Positions 10,436-22,618 of a stretch of 64,000 bases of DNA are shown in pieces. Each line of letters starts with the position of its first letter. Position 1 is the stretch's first letter. The notes below the pieces were generated by a model that made no database searches, had not been told where the DNA came from, and saw nothing but the letters and a program-made list of their open reading frames with translations. Source of the DNA: Escherichia phage NiC89; sequence record LC620505.1. One strand, written 5' to 3'. Made by a program: the position numbers and the translations under genes.

Positions 10436-10785
10436 TTAGAAAGGTCCTGGATGTCTTCTGCGAACTTGTTGAAGGAGTTGTTGATTTGTTTTTCAACCAA
10501 TCCTGGCTTATGAGCCACCACATCCGCCTTCTTTGCGTCTTTGCGCAGTTTTTCATTTTCACGCTCAATAGCAGCAATTGCCTCACGATTTTTATTATTC
10601 ATCGCATCAATATAATTATACTGAATTCGCAAATTATTTAATGCTAAAGCGTTTTCATTGGCCGTTTTTGTAATTTCTACAACAGACGTTTCTAATCTTT
10701 CAATTTTATTTTTTAAAATTAAAGAAGTTCCGCCCAATGCAATTACAATTAATAGCAAACCTGCTGTCGTATTACTTAATTGCAT
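10432..10785 (-). CDS. membrane-anchored coiled-coil protein (117 aa)
   Basis: N-terminal hydrophobic helix LLLIVIALGGTSLIL followed by a charged helical region. Confidence 0.45.
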   Translation of the reverse strand: MQLSNTTAGLLLIVIALGGTSLILKNKIERLETSVVEITKTANENALALNNLRIQYNYIDAMNNKNREAIAAIERENEKLRKDAKKADVVAHKPGLVEKQINNSFNKFAEDIQDLSK

Positions 10786-11282
10786 AAAGTTTTAATAACC
10801 TCTATAATATCGTCTTGAGAAAGACCGTTAATTAAAATATGATGTTCCGCCGGAGATTTAGAAATTTTAAAGCATGCCGCAACATCTTCTGCCATATCCG
10901 ATGCACTACGATTTGGATTACTAATACCAAGGCGGTGTTTTCCCGTCAAAGGATTAACGATGATATAGCATTTACAGCTATTGATATGAACATTAGGTTG
11001 AGTCTGATTAATGAACACTTCACAATCATACTTAGCGAGTTGATTTTCTAAAAAGACTTTCATCTCTTCAACCGCATCAGGAAGCATATCACGGGCTTGC
11101 TCAAGACGACGATTTCGATATTCTTTAATGGTCGTTTTCCGCTTGACTTGCTTAGCTAAATCTTTCTTAAGATCGGTGATATATCCAACTCGACGATTTC
11201 CTTTGAATACAGAAATCCCATCTGTAGTATCACCGTATGCTTCAACGACCATTTCAGTAGTAATAAGCTGCAAATCCATCAT
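10776..11282 (-). CDS. alc: Alc-like transcription terminator of cytosine-containing DNA
   Basis: 168 aa; size and position (between pseT cluster and rnlA) match T4 alc; sequence recognised from memory only. Confidence 0.6.
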   Translation of the reverse strand: MMDLQLITTEMVVEAYGDTTDGISVFKGNRRVGYITDLKKDLAKQVKRKTTIKEYRNRRLEQARDMLPDAVEEMKVFLENQLAKYDCEVFINQTQPNVHINSCKCYIIVNPLTGKHRLGISNPNRSASDMAEDVAACFKISKSPAEHHILINGLSQDDIIEVIKTLCN

Positions 11283-11308
11283 AAAGTCCTCATGTTATGT
11301 CAGTAAGA

Positions 11309-11340
11309 CTACTATAACACAACACGAGGGACTTGTAAAC
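11309..11340 (-). promoter_or_regulatory. early-promoter-like element upstream of alc
   Basis: GTTTAC 11335-11340, 17 nt, TTATAGTAG. Confidence 0.45.
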
Positions 11341-11343
11341 AGC

Positions 11344-12931
<1,588 letters not shown>

Positions 12932-12939
12932 AATAAAAT

Positions 12940-12953
12940 GGGCCTTGCGGCCC
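12940..12953 (-). promoter_or_regulatory. hairpin between nrdB stop and denA start
   Basis: GGGCC-GCAA-GGCCC on minus strand, 9 nt before the denA ATG. Confidence 0.4.
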
Positions 12954-12958
12954 ACTCC

Positions 12959-14128
12959 TTAAAAATATTTTTTAAAACTCATCATAACTTTATCATCAAC
13001 ATCATTATCAATCTGTGCAACAAGGTAAGATGACAGTTCTACTTCTTGCGGCGCGGATTGAACATTATCAGAATTAAGATATTCACGAATCCAAGGATAT
13101 GGATGTTTAACCGGAGCATCGGTAATTGGGCATGGAAGACCGCACTGTTTCATACGAGATACAGTTAAGTAATCAATAAAGCTCCACATGCTATTTGTAT
13201 TTAATCCAGGAACATCACCATCTTTAAATAAATGAACTGCCCAGTCTTTTTCTTGACGGTTAACTTCCATGAAAATATCAACTGCTTCTTGTTCACACTC
13301 TTGAGCAATTTTAACCCATTCATCGCCATCAGTGCCAAGTTGAAGTTGACGAATAATATATTGAGTGCCTTTAAGGTGAAGCTGTTCATCACGCGCAATG
13401 AACTTCATAATCTTAGCATTACCTTCCATGATTTCCATGTTCTTATGGAAGTTAAAGGTACATGCGAAAGATACATAAAAACGAATAGCTTCCAGGGCGT
13501 TGATTACATGAAGGCAAAGATAAAGAGATTTCATTAGTGCTCGTTTAGTACATTCAACAACTTTGCCTAACTCTTCTTTATGAAATCCTTCTGATAAAAT
13601 TCCTTCATAATCTTCAACCGCATTCTGATATTCACGAGTCTTAACTAGAACATCATCATAATAGCGACCAATGGACTCGGCACGTTTCATAATAGCTTTA
13701 TCTAATACAATCTCATCAAATACCTTTGACGGATCAGTATAAAGATTTCGCATGATATGGGTATATGAACGGCTATGAATAGTTTCACTAAAAGTCCATG
13801 TAGCAACCCATGTATCAAGACTTGGGTCTGAAATTAATGACATAAGTACAGCAGACGGTGCACGACCCTGAATGCTATCTAGAAGTGATTGATACTTCAG
13901 GTTATTAGTAAAAATATCTTGCTGATATTGAGGAAGCTTGTTAAATTGTGCAGCATCCATCATCAAGTTTACTTCTTCAGGACGCCAGAAAAATGACAAT
14001 TGCTTTTCGGTTAAATCTTCAAAAACTTTATGGCGTTGAATATCATAACGCGCAATACCAAGACCTGAACCGAAGAACATAGGTTCTTTTAAAACATCAA
14101 CTGGATTTGTATTAAAAACTGTGCTCAT
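12959..14128 (-). CDS. nrdB: ribonucleotide reductase small subunit (intron-less)
   Basis: 389 aa continuous ORF, ferritin-like R2 features. Confidence 0.9.
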   Translation of the reverse strand: MSTVFNTNPVDVLKEPMFFGSGLGIARYDIQRHKVFEDLTEKQLSFFWRPEEVNLMMDAAQFNKLPQYQQDIFTNNLKYQSLLDSIQGRAPSAVLMSLISDPSLDTWVATWTFSETIHSRSYTHIMRNLYTDPSKVFDEIVLDKAIMKRAESIGRYYDDVLVKTREYQNAVEDYEGILSEGFHKEELGKVVECTKRALMKSLYLCLHVINALEAIRFYVSFACTFNFHKNMEIMEGNAKIMKFIARDEQLHLKGTQYIIRQLQLGTDGDEWVKIAQECEQEAVDIFMEVNRQEKDWAVHLFKDGDVPGLNTNSMWSFIDYLTVSRMKQCGLPCPITDAPVKHPYPWIREYLNSDNVQSAPQEVELSSYLVAQIDNDVDDKVMMSFKKYF

Positions 14129-14179
14129 AAATTTTCCGCTTAGTTAATAGATAGTGACTCGTCCGTGAGTCAAATTATA

Positions 14180-16444
14180 TCATAATTTACAGGATGAACA
14201 ATCTTCAGCTTTTGGAGTTTCTATTTCATAATCATCAGTACCAGAACCGTCACGGGTATTATGATAATAGAAATTTTTTCCGCCAAAATACCAAAAATAC
14301 AAAAGGTCATCAATCATTATTGACATTGGAACTTTTCCTTTTGGAAAAATCTGCGGGTCATAATATGTATTCGCTGAAGCTGATTGACATACCCATTTCA
14401 GCATAATAGCTACCTGCGTAAGATAAGGTTTATTACCTTTCTTAGCTAATTTCCATGTATAATCATATAGGTCTATGTTATGTTCAATATTGGGCACGAC
14501 TTGATTAAAGGAACCCTCTTTTGATTCTTTAACAGAGACTGGTCCACGTGGAGGCTCGATACCGTTTGTACTGTTAGAAACTTGGGAAGATGACTCACAT
14601 GGCATAAGTGCTGATAATGTGCTATTACGGATGCCAAAGAGCTTAAGGTCTTCCCGCAGCGACGACCAGTCACAAACGTATTTTGGAGCTGCGATTTGGT
14701 CAATCTTTTTATTGTACCAGTCAATAGGTAATTCGCCTCGAGACCAACGAGTGTCTGAATAATATTCACAAGGTCCTTTTTCTTTGGCGAGTTTAATGGA
14801 TGCTTTAATGAGTCCATACTGTAATCTCTCAAATAGTTCATGTGTTAAATCGTTAGCATCTTCATAAGAAGCAAAGTTACTTGCCAACCAAGCTGCATAG
14901 TTAGTAACACCTACACCGAGGTTACGACGCTTTTTAGCTTTTTCTGCTTCAGGAACTGGATATCCTTGGTAATCCAAAAGATTATCAAGAGCACGAACCT
15001 GGACTTCTGCCAATTCATTAATTTTATCTTGGTCTTGCCAGTCAAAATTATCCAGTACGAATGCAGAGAGAGTACACAATCCAATTTCAGCATCAGGACT
15101 ATTCACATCATTTGTTGGAATAGCAATTTCACAGCACAAGTTACTCTGACGAATAGGTGCCTTTTCACGAATAAACGGAGTATAGTTATTCGTATTATCA
15201 ATGAACTGTACATAAATCCTTGCTGTTCCTGAGCGTTCAGTCATGAGCAATTCAAATAGTTCACGGGCTTTAATACGCTTTTTACGAATATTAGGGTCTT
15301 TTTCTGCTGCTTCGTATAATTCACGGAAACGGTCTTGGTCTTTAAAATAAGAATAATAAAGCTCGCCACCCATTTCATGCGGACTGAACAAAGTAATGTA
15401 ATCGTTCTTTCCGAATCGTTCCATCATCAAATCATTCAGCTGAACACCATAATCCATATGACGAATGCGGTTTTCTTCTACGCCTTTGTTATTTTTCAAA
15501 ACAAGAAGATTTTCAACTTCCAAATGCCAAATAGGATAATAAGCAGTAGCAGCGCCGCCACGAATTCCACCCTGTGAGCATGATTTAACAGCAGTCTGAA
15601 AATGTTTCCAAAAAGGAATAACACCAGTATGGCGTACTTCACCCATGCCAATCTTAGAACCTTCAGCACGAATCATACCAACGTTAATACCAATTCCAGC
15701 GCGTTTAGAGATATATTCAACAATTGAAGCGGAAGCCTTATTGATAGACTTTAATGAATCACCTGCCTCAATAACAACGCATGAACTAAACTGCCGAGTT
15801 GGAGTACGGCAACCAGCCATAATAGGAGTTGGTAATGAAATCTGTCGAGTAGATACCGCTTCATAAAAACGGATAACATGTTTTAATCTATCAGCAGGTT
15901 CATCTTGATGCAATGCCATTCCAATAGTCATAAATGCAAACTGTGGAGTTTCATAAATTTGACCAGTGGTTTTATCTTTAACTAGATATTTTTCTTTTAA
16001 TTGCATCGCCCCGGAATAAGTAAATTCCATATCCCGCTCGTGCTTAATTTTTGATTCTAAAAATGTAATTTCTTCTGCTGAATATTTTGACAATAATTCA
16101 GGGTCATATTTACCTTCATTTACACAGTAAGAAATATGGTCAATAAATGAACGTGGTTCATACTGCCCATAAACATGCTTACGAAGAGCAAACATTAAAC
16201 AGCGTGCAGCTACATATTGATAATCAGGTTCTTCAACCGAAATAGAATTCGCAGCGGCCTTAATGACAATAGTCTGAATATCATCAGTTGTCATTCCATC
16301 ACGGAGATAAGATTTAATATTTTCATATAATTCATAAGGATCTACTGATGTTCCTTCAGCTGCCCAAGATAAAACTTTAATAATTTTTTGTGGGTCAAAG
16401 CTCTGAGAAACACCACTACTTTTGATAACATTAATTAATTGCAT
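14180..16444 (-). CDS. nrdA: ribonucleotide reductase large subunit
   Basis: 754 aa; ATP-cone N-terminus and C-terminal CxxC tail (DCSSCKL). Confidence 0.92.
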   Translation of the reverse strand: MQLINVIKSSGVSQSFDPQKIIKVLSWAAEGTSVDPYELYENIKSYLRDGMTTDDIQTIVIKAAANSISVEEPDYQYVAARCLMFALRKHVYGQYEPRSFIDHISYCVNEGKYDPELLSKYSAEEITFLESKIKHERDMEFTYSGAMQLKEKYLVKDKTTGQIYETPQFAFMTIGMALHQDEPADRLKHVIRFYEAVSTRQISLPTPIMAGCRTPTRQFSSCVVIEAGDSLKSINKASASIVEYISKRAGIGINVGMIRAEGSKIGMGEVRHTGVIPFWKHFQTAVKSCSQGGIRGGAATAYYPIWHLEVENLLVLKNNKGVEENRIRHMDYGVQLNDLMMERFGKNDYITLFSPHEMGGELYYSYFKDQDRFRELYEAAEKDPNIRKKRIKARELFELLMTERSGTARIYVQFIDNTNNYTPFIREKAPIRQSNLCCEIAIPTNDVNSPDAEIGLCTLSAFVLDNFDWQDQDKINELAEVQVRALDNLLDYQGYPVPEAEKAKKRRNLGVGVTNYAAWLASNFASYEDANDLTHELFERLQYGLIKASIKLAKEKGPCEYYSDTRWSRGELPIDWYNKKIDQIAAPKYVCDWSSLREDLKLFGIRNSTLSALMPCESSSQVSNSTNGIEPPRGPVSVKESKEGSFNQVVPNIEHNIDLYDYTWKLAKKGNKPYLTQVAIMLKWVCQSASANTYYDPQIFPKGKVPMSIMIDDLLYFWYFGGKNFYYHNTRDGSGTDDYEIETPKAEDCSSCKL

Positions 16445-16761
16445 AAGTCCTCAACTTGAAAATCGTCTTTAAACAATCGGTTAACTATATGAGCTATTAT
16501 ATCACCATGACACGGCTTTGGTTTACATGTGCATCCTAGCCTCATTCCACGTAAAGGCTCTAAATGTGCTTTAGTTATTTCTCCGGATTTAATTCGACGT
16601 ATAAAATCTTTTTTGAATAATTCAATGGCAGCCTCCCGGCTGCCAGCATCTTTACCGACGTAATTTCCCCAAAATGTACCACGGTGAATATTAACATCAA
16701 AGTCGGATTTATATTTATTCACTACTCGGCATATACGGCCTGCGCGGTTGTAAGTGTTCAT
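16435..16761 (-). CDS. DUF4326-like protein (108 aa)
   Basis: C-terminal [12 protein letters not shown] motif. Confidence 0.5.
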   Translation of the reverse strand: MNTYNRAGRICRVVNKYKSDFDVNIHRGTFWGNYVGKDAGSREAAIELFKKDFIRRIKSGEITKAHLEPLRGMRLGCTCKPKPCHGDIIAHIVNRLFKDDFQVEDLCN

Positions 16762-16990
16762 ATTGTTCTTCCGTTAAAACAGTAATATCGTAGTAACAGT
16801 CAGAAGAAGTTTTAACTGTGGAAATTTTATTATCAAAATACTCACGAGTCATTTTATGAGTATAATATTTTTTGCCATAAATGATAATAGGCTGATTTGG
16901 ACCTGGAACTTCTAACTCACTTGGATTAGGAAGTGTAAAAAGAACTACACCAGAAGTATCTTTAAATCGTAAAATCATATATCCTCGCAA
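16715..16990 (-). CDS. hypothetical protein (91 aa)
   Basis: ORF track; overlaps the downstream ORF by 47 nt. Confidence 0.45.
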   Translation of the reverse strand: MRGYMILRFKDTSGVVLFTLPNPSELEVPGPNQPIIIYGKKYYTHKMTREYFDNKISTVKTSSDCYYDITVLTEEQYEHLQPRRPYMPSSE

Positions 16991-16998
16991 TAATAAAA

Positions 16999-17859
16999 TT
17001 ACACCGCCATTTTTCCTTTAATTGGCGGATGAGATACATAGTTGTTAAGAACAAAATTATGAGGCTTTGCAAATTGACTCAACCAAAATACCTGCGATTC
17101 TGTGTCCCATTCATCAAATTCATCTGGAAATTTTAATTGTAATTCGCATAAATCCATAGGTTCACGACATAAAATTTCTTTACATTGTTCTACGTGATTC
17201 ATATAGATATGAGTATTACCACCAGAAAATATCAAATCTCCCGGAATAAGATTACACATCTTAGCTACAATATGAACTAACGTAGCATATGATGCAATAT
17301 TAAATGGAAGACCGAGGAAAACATCTACCGAACGTTGATACCACTGAAGGTCAAGGTATCCATTACGCACATTAAACTGATAGAACATATGACAAGGCGG
17401 TAATGCCATATATTTAAGTTCAGCTGGATTCCACGCAGAAACAATTTGACGCCTATCATTTGGCAGTTTTTTAATACGATCAATAACTTCTATAATTTGA
17501 TCTACACCGCCAAAATCACGCCACTGTTTTCCATAAATTGGACCAAGTTCACCGCTATGGTATCCTAAATCTTTTGCTTGATTTTCGTAATTTTCATCCC
17601 AGACTGTTTTGCCTTGAATTAATGAATCATGTTGAATTAATCGCAAATCATTGACATTTGTGCTTCCTGATAAAAACCATATTAGCTCAGCAATGCATGC
17701 ATTCCAGGCGAGCTTTTTAGTTGTTACTGCAGGAAAACCTTTGGTTAAATCCCAACGCAATTTAGTACCGAACAAAGCAATTGTTCCTGTGCCCGTTCGG
17801 TCATCGGTTTCATAGCCATTTTCAAAAATGTCTTTAATTAAATCTTGGTATTGTTTCAT
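16999..17859 (-). CDS. td: thymidylate synthase (intron-less)
   Basis: 286 aa continuous ORF; matches T4 TS exon-joined length. Confidence 0.92.
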   Translation of the reverse strand: MKQYQDLIKDIFENGYETDDRTGTGTIALFGTKLRWDLTKGFPAVTTKKLAWNACIAELIWFLSGSTNVNDLRLIQHDSLIQGKTVWDENYENQAKDLGYHSGELGPIYGKQWRDFGGVDQIIEVIDRIKKLPNDRRQIVSAWNPAELKYMALPPCHMFYQFNVRNGYLDLQWYQRSVDVFLGLPFNIASYATLVHIVAKMCNLIPGDLIFSGGNTHIYMNHVEQCKEILCREPMDLCELQLKFPDEFDEWDTESQVFWLSQFAKPHNFVLNNYVSHPPIKGKMAV

Positions 17860-17904
17860 TTAGTACCTTATATAAATTATAATACATTTTATGAAGCTAA
17901 ATAA

Positions 17905-18252
17905 TCAATACGGTTTAGCATCAAATTTTCTCTCAATTTCAGGCGTGAAATATAATTCTTTACCGCGTTTGGAAAAGCGACCAATAATATGATAATTATT
18001 CTCATCAAACGTGATATTACCAATATCCATAGCTTTCAACCAAATATCGATATTTCTATCCAGCTTTATGTTAAAATTCCAATACGGAGAACTATTACCG
18101 AAAATACTACAAGCGGATTCAGTGAAACAACTGCTATAAATCTTGTCTTTAGGAACTACTAATTGATAGACACCTTTAATAAACTGAGGACCCTGCCACT
18201 TTGGCTGTTTCTCATCTTTTTCTAATAGAATAGGGTAATAATTAAAATTCAT
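17905..18252 (-). CDS. hypothetical protein (115 aa) inserted between frd and td
   Basis: ORF track; no recognisable motif. Confidence 0.5.
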   Translation of the reverse strand: MNFNYYPILLEKDEKQPKWQGPQFIKGVYQLVVPKDKIYSSCFTESACSIFGNSSPYWNFNIKLDRNIDIWLKAMDIGNITFDENNYHIIGRFSKRGKELYFTPEIERKFDAKPY

Positions 18253-18271
18253 ATTTCCGCCGCGCGTTATT

Positions 18272-19191
<920 letters not shown>

Positions 19192-19283
19192 TATATTTTC
19201 CTCAAATTCATTTAAATCAAGACTATGCAATTTTTAAAGCATTGCATAATAGAATTCATCATTCATAAACTCAAATACAAAAA

Positions 19284-19643
19284 TTATATTATCTCCCATC
19301 GAAAAGGGTCAGGAGCATATCCGATAGAGTTAATCATTTTAACTAAAGTTACCATTCCTTTGTTAACTGCTTGTGCGATTTCATCAAAAACTTCATCGCT
19401 ATCATCATAAAGGTCATTAAAAAGTTCTAACACGTTCTTCTGAACTTTTAATTTATGACCAACAATCTCGCCTACAGTAAATTCGTTTCCGCCGATTCCG
19501 GTGTAAAACGTAATTACACCAGTTAACAGACTTTCGCGAGAATCTAGGTCATGTGATAAATTAATATAAGCCATCCCGGGTGCAGTTTTAAGTTGGCAAC
19601 GAATTCTTACTTGGGTAATTCCGGTTACATGAATGTCGGACAT
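19284..19643 (-). CDS. hypothetical protein (119 aa)
   Basis: ORF track. Confidence 0.5.
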   Translation of the reverse strand: MSDIHVTGITQVRIRCQLKTAPGMAYINLSHDLDSRESLLTGVITFYTGIGGNEFTVGEIVGHKLKVQKNVLELFNDLYDDSDEVFDEIAQAVNKGMVTLVKMINSIGYAPDPFRWEII

Positions 19644-19653
19644 ATTATTTTCC

Positions 19654-19896
19654 TCAAATAGACTTTTTCACAATTTTCCAATCAGCTTTAAACTGATCAA
19701 CGTCAGAATGGTAAATCCAGAATCCTGCGCTTTCTCCGTCTTCATAAAGAGGACATCCATCGCATTCATCTTCCCATCCCATATCACGTAAAAGATGTTC
19801 AGCTTTTTCAATGAGTTCAGAATCTTTACCGATGATATTAAAATACCATTTACCTCTAACTTCTGAATCTTTGATGCTCTGGCGTTGTAATCTCAT
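19654..19896 (-). CDS. hypothetical protein (80 aa)
   Basis: Trimmed to MRLQRQSIK with SD GAGGAG; track extension reads through a promoter-like element. Confidence 0.5.
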   Translation of the reverse strand: MRLQRQSIKDSEVRGKWYFNIIGKDSELIEKAEHLLRDMGWEDECDGCPLYEDGESAGFWIYHSDVDQFKADWKIVKKSI

Positions 19897-19921
19897 TTTA
19901 TTCTCCTCAAGTTGATAGGGT

Positions 19922-19952
19922 AATAGTATCACACTACTACCCTGTTGTAAAC
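19922..19952 (-). promoter_or_regulatory. early-promoter-like element
   Basis: GTTTAC 19947-19952, spacer, TGTGATACTAT. Confidence 0.45.
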
Positions 19953-19954
19953 AA

Positions 19955-20214
19955 TTATTTTTGAATTTTATCGAGCCACTTACCAAGCTTAATCATTTCT
20001 TTAGTAGCCTTTTCCATACTTCTGAACTTAACCAATAGAGGATAGGTATCGACACCCATAACTAAACTGGTTACAAGACTGTGTTCACCCACAAGCCATA
20101 ACGAATACGTTTGAATATCGAGTCCGTAATTTCTGTCTTTATGGACCCGTACACCCATCACTTCAAATTTCTCACTAGCTTTTTCTACCGCATCCAGGAA
20201 ATCATCTTTAGTCA
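19955..20214 (-). CDS. hypothetical protein (about 86 aa)
   Basis: Trimmed to MTKDDFLDAV; TAATATG junction with upstream ORF. Confidence 0.45.
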
Positions 20215-20216
20215 TA

Positions 20217-20603
20217 TTAGGCCTTAAAAGTTTTTCGCAAAAGTTCAATGATTTCATCTGCATTGTTTTCGTCAACAATGCAGTGAATTTTTGTTACGCC
20301 AGAAACTATACCTTCATTAGCGGATTGAGGCTTTTCTAAAGTTACCTCAGTAAAGTATTTGAATTCTTCAGAGTAAATCTCAAAATACGTCTCAAGTGGG
20401 CCACCCGCCATGTATTCAGTACCATCTTCCATAGTTACACGTACCACACATTCACCAGCACAATCATCACTTTCCATTTCATCTACAACAAAACTAGGTC
20501 CGTGCTTCTCTATTAAATTTAGCATCATTACATTGCAACGGCACTCGTTAGCAAAGTCATTTTTAAATAAAGGGTTAATGATATAAGTTTTTCCAACTTC
20601 CAC
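20217..20603 (-). CDS. hypothetical protein (128 aa, GTG start)
   Basis: ORF track; SD GAGGAAATCAAA before GTG. Confidence 0.45.
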   Translation of the reverse strand: MEVGKTYIINPLFKNDFANECRCNVMMLNLIEKHGPSFVVDEMESDDCAGECVVRVTMEDGTEYMAGGPLETYFEIYSEEFKYFTEVTLEKPQSANEGIVSGVTKIHCIVDENNADEIIELLRKTFKA

Positions 20604-20623
20604 TTTGATTTCCTCATTTTAAC

Positions 20624-20642
20624 GGGGCTATCAAATAGCCCC
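20624..20642 (-). promoter_or_regulatory. intercistronic hairpin
   Basis: GGGGCUA-UUUGA-UAGCCCC on minus strand. Confidence 0.35.
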
Positions 20643-20649
20643 TTGATAA

Positions 20650-20901
20650 TTATTGTTCAATCAGTCCCATGTAAAATTCTGCGTCTTCAGAATCCATGCC
20701 ATCGCAATATTCATTAGCCATAAAGCGGGTAAGGTCTTCAAGAGGACCTTCAATGACAATAGAAAAATTGCAATAATTGGGATCATCATGAATACTTGTG
20801 ATACTAAGTTCAGGATAACGATTACGAATAATCTCTTCAATATATTCAAAATCAACGATGTCAATATCAACTTTAGCCATATTATTTTCCTCTTTAATCA
20901 T
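20650..20901 (-). CDS. small strongly acidic protein (83 aa)
   Basis: Asp/Glu-rich composition; SD AGAGGAAAATAAT; promoter-like element upstream. Confidence 0.5.
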   Translation of the reverse strand: MIKEENNMAKVDIDIVDFEYIEEIIRNRYPELSITSIHDDPNYCNFSIVIEGPLEDLTRFMANEYCDGMDSEDAEFYMGLIEQ

Positions 20902-20921
20902 CAGCAGTATTGCCGATAGTT

Positions 20922-20952
20922 GTATAGTACCATAAAGCCTTATGTTGTAAAC
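20922..20952 (-). promoter_or_regulatory. early-promoter-like element (conserved long form)
   Basis: GTTTAC 20947-20952 with T/A-rich upstream tract and TGGTACTATAC -10 region; follows the gene 32 terminator. Confidence 0.5.
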
Positions 20953-20975
20953 CGTTTTGTGAAAAAATTTTTGAA

Positions 20976-21002
20976 ATAAAAAAGGGGACCTCTAGGGTCC
21001 CC
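20976..21002 (-). terminator. rho-independent terminator downstream of gene 32
   Basis: GGGGACC-CUAGA-GGUCCCC hairpin followed by U6. Confidence 0.7.
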
Positions 21003-21024
21003 AATCAATTAGTAATATAATCTA

Positions 21025-21930
21025 TTAAAGGTCATTCAAAAGGTCATCCAGGTCCGTGTCATCAGCACTAGATGAACTGCCAGAGCTTGAGCTCATAAAA
21101 TCATCTTCAGTTTTTGTATTGAAGTCATCAACATTGAATGCATCCAAATCATCAGCAACTTTATCAGCTTTCTTAGCAGCAGTTGCAGCGGCACCACCCA
21201 TCACAGCAGTTCCCATAACTTGACTGAACTTAGTGCTCAGTTCTTCAAACGATTTGAATTTATCTTTAGAAGTCATTTCAGAAAGGTCAACCATTTGTTC
21301 GAACAGTTCTTTCTGGAAAGATTCATCGTCAATGTTTGGAATCGCAGATTGATTCAGGAATTTAGATTCGTCGTAGTTACTAAAACCAGAAACTTGTTTA
21401 ACTTTCAGTACAAAGTTAGCACCTTCCCACGGACAAGTTACATCAACCGGAGTTTCACCCATTTCAACATCAACTGCAATCATTGCATTGATTTTATCCC
21501 AGATTTTCTTACCGAAACGGTATTTAAATACTTTACCTTCATTTTCTGGAGCAGCTGGGTCTTTTACTACAAGAATGTTAGCCCAGTAAGAAGTTTTACG
21601 TTTAACAAGACCGTACTCTTTATTGTCAGTGTTGTACAGATCATTTTTACTGATGTACTGACATACTGGACAAGAATCGTAATCACCATGGGTAGATGAA
21701 CATGTTTCAATATACCATTTACCATTTTTCTTGAAACCGTGATTTACAAGAATTGCGAATGGTGCTTGTTCATCATTTTTAGACGGAAGAAAACGAATTA
21801 CTGCTTGACCGTTACCCGCATTATCGAGTTTCAGTTTCCACTCGCCTTTATCTTCAGAAGAAAAACCTTTATTGCCATTCAGTTTAGCCATTTGTGCAGC
21901 AAGTTCAGCAGTAGATTTACGTTTAAACAT
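21025..21930 (-). CDS. 32: single-stranded DNA-binding protein gp32
   Basis: 301 aa, [36 protein letters not shown]... with acidic Ser-rich C-terminal tail; matches T4 gp32. Confidence 0.95.
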
Positions 21931-22005
21931 TTTATTTCCTTTTTAATTTAATTTAATTAACAGTTGGTGCTATGACACTTTACCTCATAGCTGACATAAT
22001 TCGCA
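21931..22005 (-). promoter_or_regulatory. gene 32 translational operator (unstructured UUAAA repeats plus upstream pseudoknot)
   Basis: Minus strand reads ...UGUCAGCUAUGAGGUAAAGUGUCAUAGCACC..AUUAAAUUAAAUUAAAAAGGAAAUAAA AUG, matching the T4 gene 32 autoregulatory leader. Confidence 0.7.
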
Positions 22006-22617
22006 ATACTCTGGGTCTTCGAGAGGTATCCAACCTGAGTTGAAATACTTTACCATCGATTTAGCAGTTGTATCAGTTATATTTATATTACCTTTAACTC
22101 TTCGCCATCCAGGAGTTTTACCGTACAGATTAGAGGATAATAATAACACATAATTCTCGTAAGCAATATGAGATAATTTCCAAGACTCTATATTAGCTCG
22201 TGATGTTTTCCAAGGTCTAAAATCGTCACGGTTCATATAATTAGCCAATCTCATATGCTCTCTAACTTCCGGATCTTTGGCTGGATGAGTTTCACCACTC
22301 ACACCAAATCCACCACCAGCATATACCAGATTAAAATAGTCTGGATTATCTCTGGCATTTACTTCAAGTTGATATTTTCGTTCTGCTTCAATAACATCCA
22401 AGTCATCATCAATTTGAATTATTTTAACGCTCGGTTTTTGAAGCATTAGCGCATTCAAAAATCTTTTTTGTTTACATGAGCTCCAGTATTCCTTTCCGGA
22501 AGAGTCATATATTATTCCGTTCTCAAATGAGCAATTTAATTTACTACCGATATAGTAGTATGGCGGAGTCTTATTTTTGACACGGTCTTCAAATGTAAAC
22601 CAATATACTATATTCAT
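21985..22617 (-). CDS. segG: GIY-YIG homing-endonuclease-like protein (SegG-like)
   Basis: IVYWFTF...YYYIGSK (GIY-x10-YIG) at N-terminus; sits between genes 32 and 59 as T4 segG does. Confidence 0.65.
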   Translation of the reverse strand: MNIVYWFTFEDRVKNKTPPYYYIGSKLNCSFENGIIYDSSGKEYWSSCKQKRFLNALMLQKPSVKIIQIDDDLDVIEAERKYQLEVNARDNPDYFNLVYAGGGFGVSGETHPAKDPEVREHMRLANYMNRDDFRPWKTSRANIESWKLSHIAYENYVLLLSSNLYGKTPGWRRVKGNINITDTTAKSMVKYFNSGWIPLEDPEYCELCQL

Positions 22618-22618
22618 A

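Noticed and set aside
12932-12955. Track N-terminal extension of denA (MGRKAHFI)
   Set aside because: Extension is the translation of a GC hairpin between nrdB and denA; T4 endonuclease II starts at MKEIATEY.
21220-21951. Plus-strand ORFs 21220..21699 and 21739..21951
   Set aside because: Antisense to gene 32, Phe/Ile-rich shadow frames.
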